Below are positions 13,858 to 24,670 of a DNA stretch of 64,000 nucleotides, piece after piece. The stretch lies in assembly GCF_006345805.1 (NCBI RefSeq), contig NC_043009.1, forward strand, positions 12,896,001-12,960,000, in the 5' to 3' direction. The translations under genes were made by a program, and so were the position numbers. This DNA comes from Octopus sinensis. Taxonomy: Eukaryota. How positions within the stretch are numbered: the stretch's first letter is position 1; each line of letters opens with the position of its first letter. The notes under the pieces were generated by a model that did not search any database, was not told where the DNA came from, and was given only the letters and a program-made list of their open reading frames with translations.

Positions 13858-14210
13858 GATTCGCCATGATAGATCGCTAGCCACTACACATTCTTTATTT
13901 TCTCTCCCTGTTTTTTTTCTGTGTTCCTTTCTGTGGAAGAGTGAAGAAACGTTAAAGACTTTTTCACTTCTCGAGCGTACCAGCAGTCTTCGTCTTTTGT
14001 TTTTTGAGAATTCTCCCTATATATATATATATATATATAATATATATATGATTCGCCATGATAGATCGCTAGCCACTACACATTCTTTATTTTCTCTCCC
14101 TGTTTTTTTTCTGTGTTCCTTTCTGTGGAAGAGTGAAGAAACGTTAAAGACTTTTTCACTTCTCGAGCGTACCAGCAGTCTTCGTCTTTTGTTTTTTGAG
14201 AATTCTCCCT
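13856..14210 (+). repeat. Two identical ~160-bp units (period 192) separated by (TA)n, each with a decayed hammerhead-like motif
   Basis: Units start at 13856 and 14048; the motif cttt-CTGTGGA-agagtgaa-GAAAcgTT-aaag lacks stem II. Confidence 0.8.
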
Positions 14211-14604
14211 ATATATATATATATATAATATATATAGGGTAAATGTTTTTATTTCTCTTCCAATTTCAGAATTACAACTATTTAGCGGTTTGAGTTTGGC
14301 TGCTCTTTCTAGTGAGTCGAATGGCCTATCAAGGCCATTCTTATATTGTTGAATGTATATTATATAGTCTTTGACTATTTTTTCATTCTCACTAGACCGC
14401 TGGTAGCGGATAATTTTTTCTAGAAATTTTTGCTACCCTGATATTTATTAATTAATGATTTTTTAGCTAATTTTGAAATTAAATCAGCATTTAAAATTTA
14501 CTGCCAAAGAAAACCGCGCGGTAGCGGTGGATTTTGAAAATTTAGAGCATATAGACTGGAGGCTCCCTAGCTGAAGCCGCGTGGACATATTCTCGTCCTA
14601 GGCT

Positions 14605-14699
14605 TCTCTGCTGATGAGACACGCCAGTTGTAAGCAAATTTAATTTAATTTAATTAATTTGTTCACCAAAGTTTGTCGAAACTATGCATAGTCCAGAGA
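14605..14699 (+). ncRNA. Type I hammerhead ribozyme, intact core
   Basis: Stem I tctctg/cagaga, CTGATGA 14611-17, stem II gaca/tgtc with a 52-nt loop, GAAA 14678-81, palindromic stem III actatgcatagt, GUC cleavage after 14693. Confidence 0.88.
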
Positions 14700-15070
14700 T
14701 GAAAAGGGTAAATGTTTTTATTTCTCTTCCATTTCAGAATTACAACTATTTAGCGGTTTGAGTTGGCTGCTCTTTCTAGTGAGTCGAATGGCCTATCAAG
14801 GCCATTCTTATATTGTTGAATGTATATTATATAGTCTTTGACTATTTTTTCATTCTCACTAGACCGCTGGTAGCGGATAATTTTTTCTAGAATTTTTTGC
14901 TACCCTGATATTTATTAATAATGATTTTTTAGCTAATTTTGAAATTAAATCAGCATTTTAAATTTACTGCCAAAGAAAACCGCGCGGTAGCGGTGGATTT
15001 TGAAAATTTAGAGCATATAGACTGGAGGCTCCCTAGCTGAAGCCTCGTGGACATATTCTCGTCCTAGGCT

Positions 15071-15165
15071 TCTCTGCTGATGAGACACGCCAGTTGTAAG
15101 CAAATTTAATTTAATTTAATTAATTTGTTCACCAAAGTTTGTCGAAACTATGCATAGTCCAGAGA
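15071..15165 (+). ncRNA. Type I hammerhead ribozyme, second tandem copy
   Basis: Identical to 14605-14699; cleavage after 15159. Confidence 0.88.
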
Positions 15166-15300
15166 TGAAAAGGGTAAATGTTTTTATTTCTCTTCCAATT
15201 TCAGAATTACAACTATTTAGCGGTTTGAGTTTGGCTGCTCTTTCTAGTGAGTCGAATGGCCTATCAAGGCCATGCCTATATTGTTGAATATATATATATA

Positions 15301-16163
15301 TAAGCAAGGAAAAATTGTAAAAATGCAGAATGCTCCATTGGAAGAAAATTTTAATGAAATGAGAAAATGAAAAAATATATAAATATATATTTATTCAAAC
15401 CAGTTTTCGTCATAGTTTGACTTATCGAGAATAGTTAGGTGAAAAGGTTTTTTAAAGGATACCATAGATTCATCACTTCAAGCAAAAACTTATATTCTTT
15501 AAATATCATTTTTACTATTGTTGTTATTACCATCATATTTATTATTTATGATATAACAATCTGAAATGCAATTGTCTATGCAAATTTATATAATTAGAAA
15601 ATAATATAAATAAAATGTTAAAATCTGAAAGTTAAATTAACAAACAATTATATAAAAAAGATAATGCAAATGAAGCTAAAATGACAATTTTATAATTTGG
15701 GGTTTATCAGCAGCCTTTATTGAAGAACTCAAAAGAGTTGTCTCCCCTTATTCACAACACAGGAACTGAAGAACCACAATTACTACTACTTCCTATTTTG
15801 CCAACATCCTAAATTAAACCAAACAACACATGGCCTTAATCCCATTGGGTCCTAATACCTCAAGGTAATTTTTTCGTGAACAATCATTAAACTCAAGATA
15901 CACAACGAATTCACAATGTATCGGAGTACTTATTTTTTAAATTTTTATACATATTTATTATTATTCTTTTGCAAAAAACAATGCAACTTTTTTTCCCCTT
16001 TCTCATTTTTAAAAAACCTTTTCACCTAACTATTCTTGATAAATCAAACTATGACGAAAACCGGTTTGAATAAATATATGTTTATATATTTTTTCATTTT
16101 CTCATTTCATTAAAATTTACTTCCAATCGAGCATTCTGCATTTTTACAATTTTTCCTTGCTTA
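15301..16163. mobile_element. Fold-back element with ~156-bp inverted arms, each carrying a hammerhead motif
   Basis: 15301-15456 is the reverse complement of 16008-16163 with a few mismatches. Motifs lie at 15392-15433 (-) and 16031-16072 (+). Confidence 0.8.
16031..16072 (+). ncRNA. Minimal type I hammerhead, U3:A8 variant (slightly decayed)
   Basis: tattc-TTGATAA-atca(aacta)tgac-GAAA-accggt-TT-gaata; the other arm has the pairing gtca in stem II. Confidence 0.65.
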
Positions 16164-16206
16164 TCGTTTCTCCACGTGCGGTCAACACAACCCCACTATT
16201 TATTGA

Positions 16207-16237
<31 letters not shown>

Positions 16238-16269
16238 TTTATTTAAAGCAGCAGAAAATTCAACAAAAC

Positions 16270-16307
16270 CTGTTACTCTGAGTTTCCCGTTGCCGTTCGT
16301 CGGACAG
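16270..16307 (-). ncRNA. Minimal type I hammerhead (decayed) in a TA-flanked element (16238-16396)
   Basis: Reverse strand: ctgt-CCGACGA-acg(gcaa)cgg-GAAA-ctcagag-TA-acag. Confidence 0.6.
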
Positions 16308-16395
16308 TTTTTGCTAGCAAAAAGCATATTACTCTACCACTGGTATCTGAGTACTCTTTTTTCCACCTTGTTTCACATTTATGTGTTTACTCCGG

Positions 16396-16450
<55 letters not shown>

Positions 16451-17277
16451 ATATATCATTAAATCGCTAGAAACAAATTAAAAGTAAATTAATTGAAAAA
16501 AAAAAATTAAATAAGCAAAACAGCAATGAAATAGCTTAGAGCCATCACATTTACCTCCCCCTGCATTGGTTACTACTGATGATAAGACTGTTTAACACTG
16601 AGTTAAATTATTAACAAATAAGAGGAATTTATAGTCCTTTAGAGCTTCACTATCTTCTCCAAGGAAACACTTTTGAAGTGAATTTATATCCAATAAGCTG
16701 TCAGGATAATTCGAAAACGTACAAAACTTCACACGCAGAAACGCATTCAAACACAAACACTCACATAAACACAAACACAGCCTTGACCTCATAGTCGTCC
16801 GATATATGATCCGATGTTGCACAGCGTTTGTTGTGGAACTTGAGCTGATGATAATTAATTTTAGGAATAATATGTATCTATAATATAATTAAGACATCAA
16901 AAATGTTATAGAAACCAGGTAAGATATAAATGTATTTAAACGCTGTATCCATGTTCGGATAATTTTTTTCTTACACTTAATTACGAAATCTAATAAATGT
17001 AATCCTTATAAATAAAAGTCTACTGTTGTGTTCTCTTCCTTACTATCTATGACAACTTGTTTCAGAAGGGCCTCCTTTGAGCCAGTCCTATAAGAACTTC
17101 TTACGTGAAAAGCTGTGTGGTTGAAAGGTTTTCAATAATGTGGTTCTGCGTTCGATTTCCAGTGTGGTTGCTTGGGTATGTCTCAGTAATTAGAGCCTCC
17201 AGTGAATAAACAATCTTCTGAATCATGAAATTTGGTAGGCAAAAGCATGTAGATACCATGTCAAAAGCATGCAGATA

Positions 17278-17500
17278 CCACGTCGGGCGAAATGCGTCGC
17301 CGTATTTCGTTTGTCGTTACGTTCCGAGTTCAAATTCCGCCGAGGTCGACTTTGCCTTTCATCCTTTCGGGGTCGATAAATTAAGTACCAGTTACGCACT
17401 GGGGTCGATGTAATCGACTTAATCTGTTTGTCTGTCCTTGTTTGTCTCCTCTGTGTTTAGCCCCTTGTCGGTAGTAAAGAAATACGTATTTCGTCTGCCG
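17278..17500 (+). mobile_element. SINE family D
   Basis: Same body as 9739; the tail runs on into the start of a second unit. Confidence 0.85.
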
Positions 17501-17539
17501 GTTTAAATGTTTGACAACTCAGCACCGTCCATTGGACGG

Positions 17540-17571
<32 letters not shown>

Positions 17572-17599
17572 GTGTAATATATATATATATATATATATA

Positions 17600-18863
17600 C
17601 AGACATGCAGGAAGTAAATATACACCTTTAATTTTCAAAATCTTTTATTCAATACGCAATGCGAACAATTGAAATGTAATCGAGAGGTAGGACCACATAC
17701 TTTAGTATTTAGTTGACATTCCCATTGCAGTTTTTAATTCAGAAACTCTTTTTGGCATTGAACTGATGAGGTTTGTGATTGTCTCTTGTGGAATTTCTGC
17801 ACACTTTTCACACAACAATCGAAACAGTTCATATTTAGATTTAAGTTTCTGTCGAGTTTTTCGTATAGCTCTATCCAGCATGCTCCACAGATTTTCAATT
17901 GAGTTTATGTCATGAGATTGGCTCGGTCAAGGAAGCTTTTTGATCCTGTTTCAGTCAACCATTGTTGATTCCATTCCGCTGTGTGGCATGGAGTCGCATC
18001 TACCAGGAATAAAATCACATTTTTCGTTATGTTATCGTGTAAATACATCGGAAATAATCCTTGCTTAAGTATTTCGATGTATTTTTCAGAGTTTATGGTT
18101 CCAACACATTCGATCAGCTCAGAACGACCATTGCTGGTGACAGCTCCCCATACCATTACAGAGATGCCACCATGCTTCACAGTTGGTTGAAGTCGTTTCA
18201 AATCAAATTCTTGATTGGGAAGCCTCCAGACACAAACACGTCCACTGTCTGAAAATAATGATTCATCTGAGAAAATCACTCTATCCCAAAATAAACTAGA
18301 TTTTTCTGACATCTCCTTAGCCCATTTCTTTCTTTTCATGATATTAATTGGTTGAAGGAGAGGTTTTCTTCTAGCTGCTTGTCTATAATACTCAAGCTTA
18401 TGCAGATATGTAACACACATTCTTGGACTAACTTCTAGCTGTTTTGCAATGTCAGAAGCCATCGAATGGGGTTCGTTTCCCACAATTCTCTTCAAACAGC
18501 GACACTTCCTTTCTGAGGGCACATGTCGGCCGGGACGAGAATCTGTTGATTCTTTTCCTTGGCTTTTGAATTGCACTATAATTCTGTTAACAGTAGCAAG
18601 GGGAATTTGAAGATTTTCGGCAATTTTTCGCTGGCTAAGACCAGCCTCGAATTGCCCAACCATACGACCTCTTCGAAAATCTGACAGGTCTGCTGAATTT
18701 TTTGTGTGTAGCATGGTTACTCTTCACAAATGTTTAATATAATGACACCTGGAATGAAAAAGAATAATTACATTGTAAATTCTGCTCCGCTGAAAATATA
18801 TTAAGACGCTTGGATCAGAAATTTTGAAAATTAAAGGTTATCTATTTACTTCCTGCATATCTG
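17600..18863 (-). mobile_element. Tc1-type DNA transposon, full length but inactive
   Basis: ~42-bp TIRs cagacatgcaggaagtaaata...ttttcaaaat at both ends, TA/TG flanks and an internal transposase. Confidence 0.92.
17702..18714 (-). pseudogene. Tc1 (DDE) transposase pseudogene
   Basis: HTH region, GRP-like [29 protein letters not shown] and DATPCH, then a frameshift into [14 protein letters not shown] and a GMSTKY* end. Confidence 0.9.
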
Positions 18864-19118
18864 TGTATACATGAACGAGATGGTCTGAAGATGGCTACGG
18901 AAATAACCGAAAATAGCCAGTCAGTCTAAGGAATTCTCGTTTCCGTGTTCAGGGCAATTGCAGCCCCTGTCAGATTAGATTATGTGAATTGTAACAGCAT
19001 TGGAACATTTTATCTCCTATTTCTAGCAATGTAGGAGTCATTACACCATTAGTCACATTTAGTTGAAGACTATAATTTTCCTTTACGATACAATATTGCA
19101 AACAACTGTTTTTATCAA

Positions 19119-19164
<46 letters not shown>

Positions 19165-19327
19165 TGTTCTAATATCTATATAGCCTTGATTTGTTTTACC
19201 TCATTACGCAAAAAATTCATATATATAATTCAAAATATTGAGGAACAAACAAAAAAAAAACATAACAATGCGAGGATGTGGTACATGTAGAGTATTAGCA
19301 GACGCTCAGGGAAGGAAAAAAAAGATG

Positions 19328-19362
19328 GTTTCACGTTTCGAGCAAAGTTCTTCTTCAGAAAC
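19328..19362 (-). ncRNA. Decayed minimal hammerhead in a TA-flanked element (~19230-19435)
   Basis: Reverse strand: gttt-CTGAAGA-agaac(ttt)gctc-GAAA-cg-TG-aaac; G at the cleavage position suggests it is inactive. Confidence 0.6.
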
Positions 19363-19648
19363 AGAGGTAAGTCCAATAGAAAAGGAAGACGGAAGAAAAA
19401 AATCGCCAACGATGCACATGTGGTTACATTTTGAATATATATATATAGGTTATGAAAGATAGTAAAAACTCACAGGTGTGAGGTAATGCTGGGTAAGTGC
19501 TAAGCTCCAGGTTCGGTGTTTATGCGAATGAGGAGTCCAACGTTGGCCATATATTAGCATGCATATATATATATGAAGAATTAACAGAATGAGATAAAAT
19601 CTTTCACAGCCTCGGACTTTTATCTGATACACACACACACACGTGCAA

Positions 19649-19686
<38 letters not shown>

Positions 19687-19741
19687 GAAATATTAAAATT
19701 ACTAAGTCTCTCTAAAAGAGAACAGCGGCAGCGTTCCCGGA

Positions 19742-20163
19742 AAATAATAGTTATCGCCATACAAATATGGCATTCTTATAAAAATAAGAATAAAGCTGTC
19801 CGCTTATTAGCTCCATGAGGCCATCGCCTTAAGTTAGCTATTTGATACACAAACTGTATCCATATAACCTTCGAACAAGGGATGTATTCCACCGAAACTA
19901 GGTAAATAAAACCATCGAACAGAGATTGTCAGAAGCGACACCTACTGGCTGGCTACGCTGCATTGAAAAGGGGCAATACCCCGAAACGCGTCTGTAGCTG
20001 CCGGTCAAGTAGTTTGGAGCGACTGACCTCCCTTGTTCGAAGGTTATATGGATACAGTTTGTGTATCAAATAGCTAACTTAAGGCGATGGCCTCATGGAG
20101 CTAATAAGCGGACAGCTTTATTCTTATTTTTATAAGAATGCCATATTAGTATGGCGATAACTA

Positions 20164-20169
<6 letters not shown>
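19742..20169. mobile_element. Fold-back element: 141-bp near-perfect inverted arms around a hammerhead-containing spacer
   Basis: 19742-19882 versus 20029-20169, one mismatch seen; (TA)n lies on both sides. Confidence 0.9.
19957..19998 (+). ncRNA. Minimal type I hammerhead, U3:A8 variant
   Basis: gctgca-TTGAAAA-gggg(caata)cccc-GAAA-cgcg-TC-tgtagc; stems I and II pair fully and stem III acgcgt is palindromic. Confidence 0.8.
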
Positions 20170-20201
<32 letters not shown>

Positions 20202-20224
20202 TTGTATGTGTGTGTGTGTGTATG

Positions 20225-20700
20225 TGATAGAAAACCTGTGCATTTCGAGAAAACACACAGTCGTATTTCTTTCACCGAAACAAACTTTCGCTTTCGTCAT
20301 TGGCAACTCAGGGAACTGGACATCAGACTCAATCGAGGGTTCTACTGCGATAGTTTGAAAGCAAGCAGATCTGTGGAGCACCCTGTCACCGAGCCCTCCT
20401 CACTTGTGAGTTTCTCATCAAAATCAACATGCTGACGCGTCTGCACCCGCCTCCTTATTCTCCAGATTTAGTGCCTGCAGCCTTCCATCCAGTCACCATA
20501 ATGAAAATGCAGTTAAAATTGATGAGATCCAGAGCAAATCGCTGAAGGGTCTCAACTCGCTTACGGCAAACGGCTTCCGGGCTGGATTCCAAAAGTGTCC
20601 AGAACGCTGGGACAAGTGTATTGCTGCGCAAGGTTACTGTTTTGAAGTTTTTTTTTCATTAAACATAACTAGTCTGAGAACCTTTTGACACCACATCGTA
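20225..20700 (+). mobile_element. Deleted mariner remnant
   Basis: HPPYSPDLVP at ~20445, FQKCPERWDKCIAAQGYCFE at ~20590 and a TIR-like end ...ttttgacaccacatcgta. Confidence 0.75.
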
Positions 20701-20714
20701 TGTACCCAAACTCG

Positions 20715-20872
20715 GAGAGGGAGACCAGCTTATATGTGAGAATTATAGAACAATCGCGCTGATAGCACATGCAAGTAGAGAACATTTGGGTCACCATTCT
20801 AGGACGTTTGAAAGCATTTCTCGAACAAGAAACAACTGAAGAACAAGCTGGTTTTAGAAGCAGGCATGGAAC
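20715..20872 (+). mobile_element. RTE/BovB-like RT N-terminal fragment
   Basis: GDQLICENYRTIALIAHAS, then after a frameshift ILGRLKAFLEQETTEEQAGFRSRHGT. Confidence 0.75.
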
Positions 20873-21019
20873 AAAAGTCATCTGCCCAATCTCTACACAA
20901 TTTCAGGCAAAAAACAAGAGTATACTACGTTACAAAAAAAAAACAAAAAATGCAAGAGCACACTACGTTATAACAAGCACACACCACGATGCCACCTGGT
21001 ATGCATATATATATATATA

Positions 21020-21240
21020 TGTGTGTGTGTGTGTCTTTGAGCCTCTGTACCACACACTGCTTCGCAATCGGTGTTGGTGTGTTTACATAGCCGTAACCTA
21101 GCGGTTCGGCAAAAGAGAGCGATAGAACAAGTACCAGACTTTAAAAATTAGTACTTGGGTCGATTCGTTCGACTAAAAGTTTTGAAGACGGTGCCCCAGC
21201 ATGGCTGTAGTCGAATGGAACAAAAAAAGATGAAAGAAAA
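21020..21240 (+). mobile_element. SINE family B, 3' half
   Basis: gcggttcggcaaaagagagcgatagaacaagtac...cagcatggctg matches the tail of 12617. Confidence 0.7.
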
Positions 21241-21647
21241 ATATATACATACATACAAACATACATGCACACACACGAGCTCATCCCCCACATATATGTG
21301 TATATGTGTATGTATATCTATCTATCAATCTATATCTATCTTTCTATATATATATATATACATATATTTGTCTATATATATATATATATAATAATAATTA
21401 TCTGAGGGAATAATATTCCTAACTTACTGGGAAAAATTCAATTTAGAAATACTAAATCAAATTTCACAAAATATAATATATATATAAATTAGAAAAAAAA
21501 ACACCTTTTATCAATTCAAAATGAACAATTAAATTACACCATCTAGAAAATTACATATAATAGAAATATTAAAATTAAAATAACAATAATATACCGATGA
21601 TTAAGTAAATTACAAAATGATGATAAAAACGTATATCTTTGGTAGAA

Positions 21648-21752
21648 TAACGACACGTGTTTCGTGGCTATATTTAAGAAATGATTATAGTAAAAAAAAT
21701 TAATAGTAGTAGTAAAATCACTTCGATATAAATATAGCCACTCATCAGGTTA
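21648..21752 (-). ncRNA. Type I hammerhead, intact core, 13-bp stem II, in a TA-flanked AT-rich element (~21390-21830)
   Basis: Reverse strand: taac-CTGATGA-gtggctatattta(52 nt)taaatatagccac-GAAA-cacgtg-TC-gtta. Confidence 0.85.
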
Positions 21753-21849
21753 AAAATAAACTAGAATAACAAAATAACTAATTAATAAATATACGTAAAA
21801 ACTCTTTTAAAATATAAATATAGTCTTTAATATATATAGATATATATAT

Positions 21850-21890
<41 letters not shown>

Positions 21891-22782
21891 GAGAGAGAGA
21901 AAGTGAGAGATGTATGCATGACTGTAAACTGTCTCATAAACGATCTTTACATGTGTTATACAATTACCGCATTCTCGTACATGATGATAAAATACTTATG
22001 TAATACTTGGACTAATGTGATATTTGATTCGTGCTCAGCTTTCTGATGAAAAAGATACCTTGTTATTCAATCAAAGCCTAGAGCGTTCTGTCATTACTAT
22101 TCAACAAATTCTGGTTCACAAGTGAGTTTATCTCATCTTTTCCTATAATACTATAACTAGTTTCTGCTTCTATTATTTTATTGCAGTTTCCCCAGAGATC
22201 CGCTATGAAACTCATTCTTTCATACAAAAACCTTGAACAGTTTAGCGATGGATAAAATATGAAAGGGATTGCCAGATTTGGACACGGAACAATGTTGATA
22301 TCACATCTCAAGTTGTATTATAACGTTGATTGCTGTTCTTCTTTATACTTCATTGGATAAACCTATGGTTAAAGTAATTTCAGCCTTGATCAAGCCACCA
22401 ATTCATATTTATCTAAGACCGTATTATCACATTTGCGCTTCCGTGTATTAGATGGTCGAATATGATGCAGGAGAGATTAAAGATCTTTCGTTAGTGTCTA
22501 GTCTCGTAAGAAACCCACAATATTTTGTAGTAAGGAAGCAGAATATTTCATTCATCAGTCCTAGTATTTAACTGGTACTTATTTTATCACTTTCGACCTA
22601 AGAAGAATGAAAAATAAAAAGAAAAATTTATCTTGACGAAATCCGAATTCAGAATATAAACGATCGCAAGTAAGCAGCATAGAATATTTTATGCCTTAAA
22701 TGTTAAAGCATTTTAAAAACTTCATGTGAAATAGGTTCATGATTCGGTATTATATTTATTATTATATTCAATCCGCATCTGT

Positions 22783-23067
22783 GAAGGCACATGGCTCGAT
22801 GGTTAGAGCGTCGGGCTTACAATTATGAACTCGAGAGTTCGAGTCCTTGACTGTGTTCCGTTTTTGAGCTCTTCCAGTGTACTCAGATTTAGAAATATTT
22901 TGCGACGTCAGAAGTGCCAAGGTGTTTTGGCCTTTGCCTTCCCCTTGGACAACATAAGCGGCTTGGATCGGGGAGACTGTTATGCATGGGCGATTGCTGG
23001 TCTTCCCCAGGGAACTTTCTTGCTGTAGTTCATGGCCATTTTGACTAAAGAAGGCCTTTACCCTTTC
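22783..23067 (+). mobile_element. SINE family C, diverged
   Basis: Head gaaggcacatggctcgatggttagagcg; the body and tttaccctt tail are homologous to 3142. Confidence 0.75.
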
Positions 23068-24039
23068 CTAATCAAGCAGAACTTTTCAGCCGTTGGCAAG
23101 TAATCTAGGACTTGTGTTATGTCGAGCACCCCTTTGACCATCTCGATACCTCACTTTCATAGTGGACTAACACTCGATTATTTTGTGAATATATTCTATC
23201 TAATTTTGATATGCTGCTAGCGGTTATAAGGGAAGAGTGAAGTCGATAGCCTCGACAGTGCTTCGACGTCGAGGGGATGAGAAGTAATTTGAACTGGAAT
23301 TTGAACTCAGAATGCAAAGAGTAGGAAGAAATGCTGAGCAACATTTGTCCGATGTGCTAACGATTCTGCCAGCTTGCCGCCTTTGTTATTGCGTTGGAGT
23401 ACACTTATTTGATAGTTTGGTTGCAGAAATATTCCTTAAATTTTTGTTTGTAATAAATTTTGTTGCAGTCCTTCTGGCTATGATTTATTGTATAACATAT
23501 TCACAAACATTTTAGATTTTAACAAATATTTCAAAAATAAAAGATTTCGCCTTCGCAACTCTTTTCAGTTTCATAACACGGGCCATAGGTTGAGATTCAT
23601 TGGCGTCTTTATTACTGGTTGGTGTTATTATCATTTTATAATAGAGGAATAATAAATACATTTAAACAAGCAACACACACCACTGCTTTCTCATTGTTAC
23701 TAATTCGCTTATATTTATACATTGTCAATGAAATTTATTAAAAGCACTCCTAAAAATTCTCCATTTAATTATCAGTTGAATAAATAGACTTGTGTTAAAG
23801 ACAATTCTATAGTTTTACAGAAACGATATCTATACTCGCCTTGAATCACATCACGCAACGGAATTGTTTAGAGAATTTTCGTCAGTTTGGACACGCGTTC
23901 TCAAAACATTTGTCCATCCCATGTACTTTACTCGCTTTCTCTCTCTGTTCTTCCCGTTATTTCCTCTAATTCTCTAATTCTTTTTATTTACTTCTTCATA
24001 TTGTCCCTAAGTCTTATCACACTTTACTGCCGTCTCACA

Positions 24040-24107
24040 TTCTCCATACCATTCCTTCTCTCACTTTCTAATCATGTTACTCTCTCTCACACACACTCTC
24101 TCACTCA

Positions 24108-24140
<33 letters not shown>

Positions 24141-24254
24141 GGTACATAATACTTTACTTTTCTTTTTTTTCCCATCGTGTTCCTCAGGCTATTCATTTAC
24201 CTTCTATCCTTATTTTCCTCTCATTTTCCTCTCATTTTTCTTTCTTTCTTTCTG

Positions 24255-24313
<59 letters not shown>

Positions 24314-24600
24314 CCTCCAACAAAAATGAATAAAAACACAGACATAGTACAGGGAAATAGATATACCTTTTATAAGATCTCTCTTTAATTTCTTTCGACC
24401 TTATCTCTATTGTTTCTCTTTCGCTCGCTCTACCCAACAAAGGCAAACAAAGAGAGAGAGAGAGAGAGAGCAAAAGAGAAAGGGAGAAAGGGAGAGAGTG
24501 TGTGAGAGAGAGAATGAGAGGGAAAGTGAGTGCGCATGTGAAAGAATGTATGTGAGTGTGTGTATGTATGCGTATGTGTGTAAGAGAAACACATAGAGAA

Positions 24601-24651
<51 letters not shown>

Positions 24652-24670
24652 AGAAAGAAGGAGTGAGATG
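24040..24670. repeat. (CT)n/(CTTT)n/(GA)n low-complexity region
   Basis: Pyrimidine tracts followed by purine tracts. Confidence 0.9.

Larger units (their letters stand above)
14237..15289 (+). mobile_element. Hammerhead-containing tandem repeat (2.25 x ~467 bp); non-LTR retrozyme or Penelope pseudo-LTR-like element
   Basis: Units begin gggtaaatgttttt at 14237, 14706 and 15172 and are near-identical. There is no ORF, (TA)n lies on both sides, and each full unit has one hammerhead. Confidence 0.85.

Noticed and set aside
14237-15289. Tandem repeat as a CRISPR-like array
   Set aside because: Long identical units without unique spacers, in a eukaryotic context with no cas genes.
15820-15890. 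LEVLGPNGIK (-) or HPKLN (+) as a GIY-YIG C-terminus
   Set aside because: Too short and ambiguous in strand.
18878-18928. ctgaaga...gaaa...gtc hammerhead-like motif next to the Tc1 end
   Set aside because: Stems I and III fail to pair; possible relic but unsupported.
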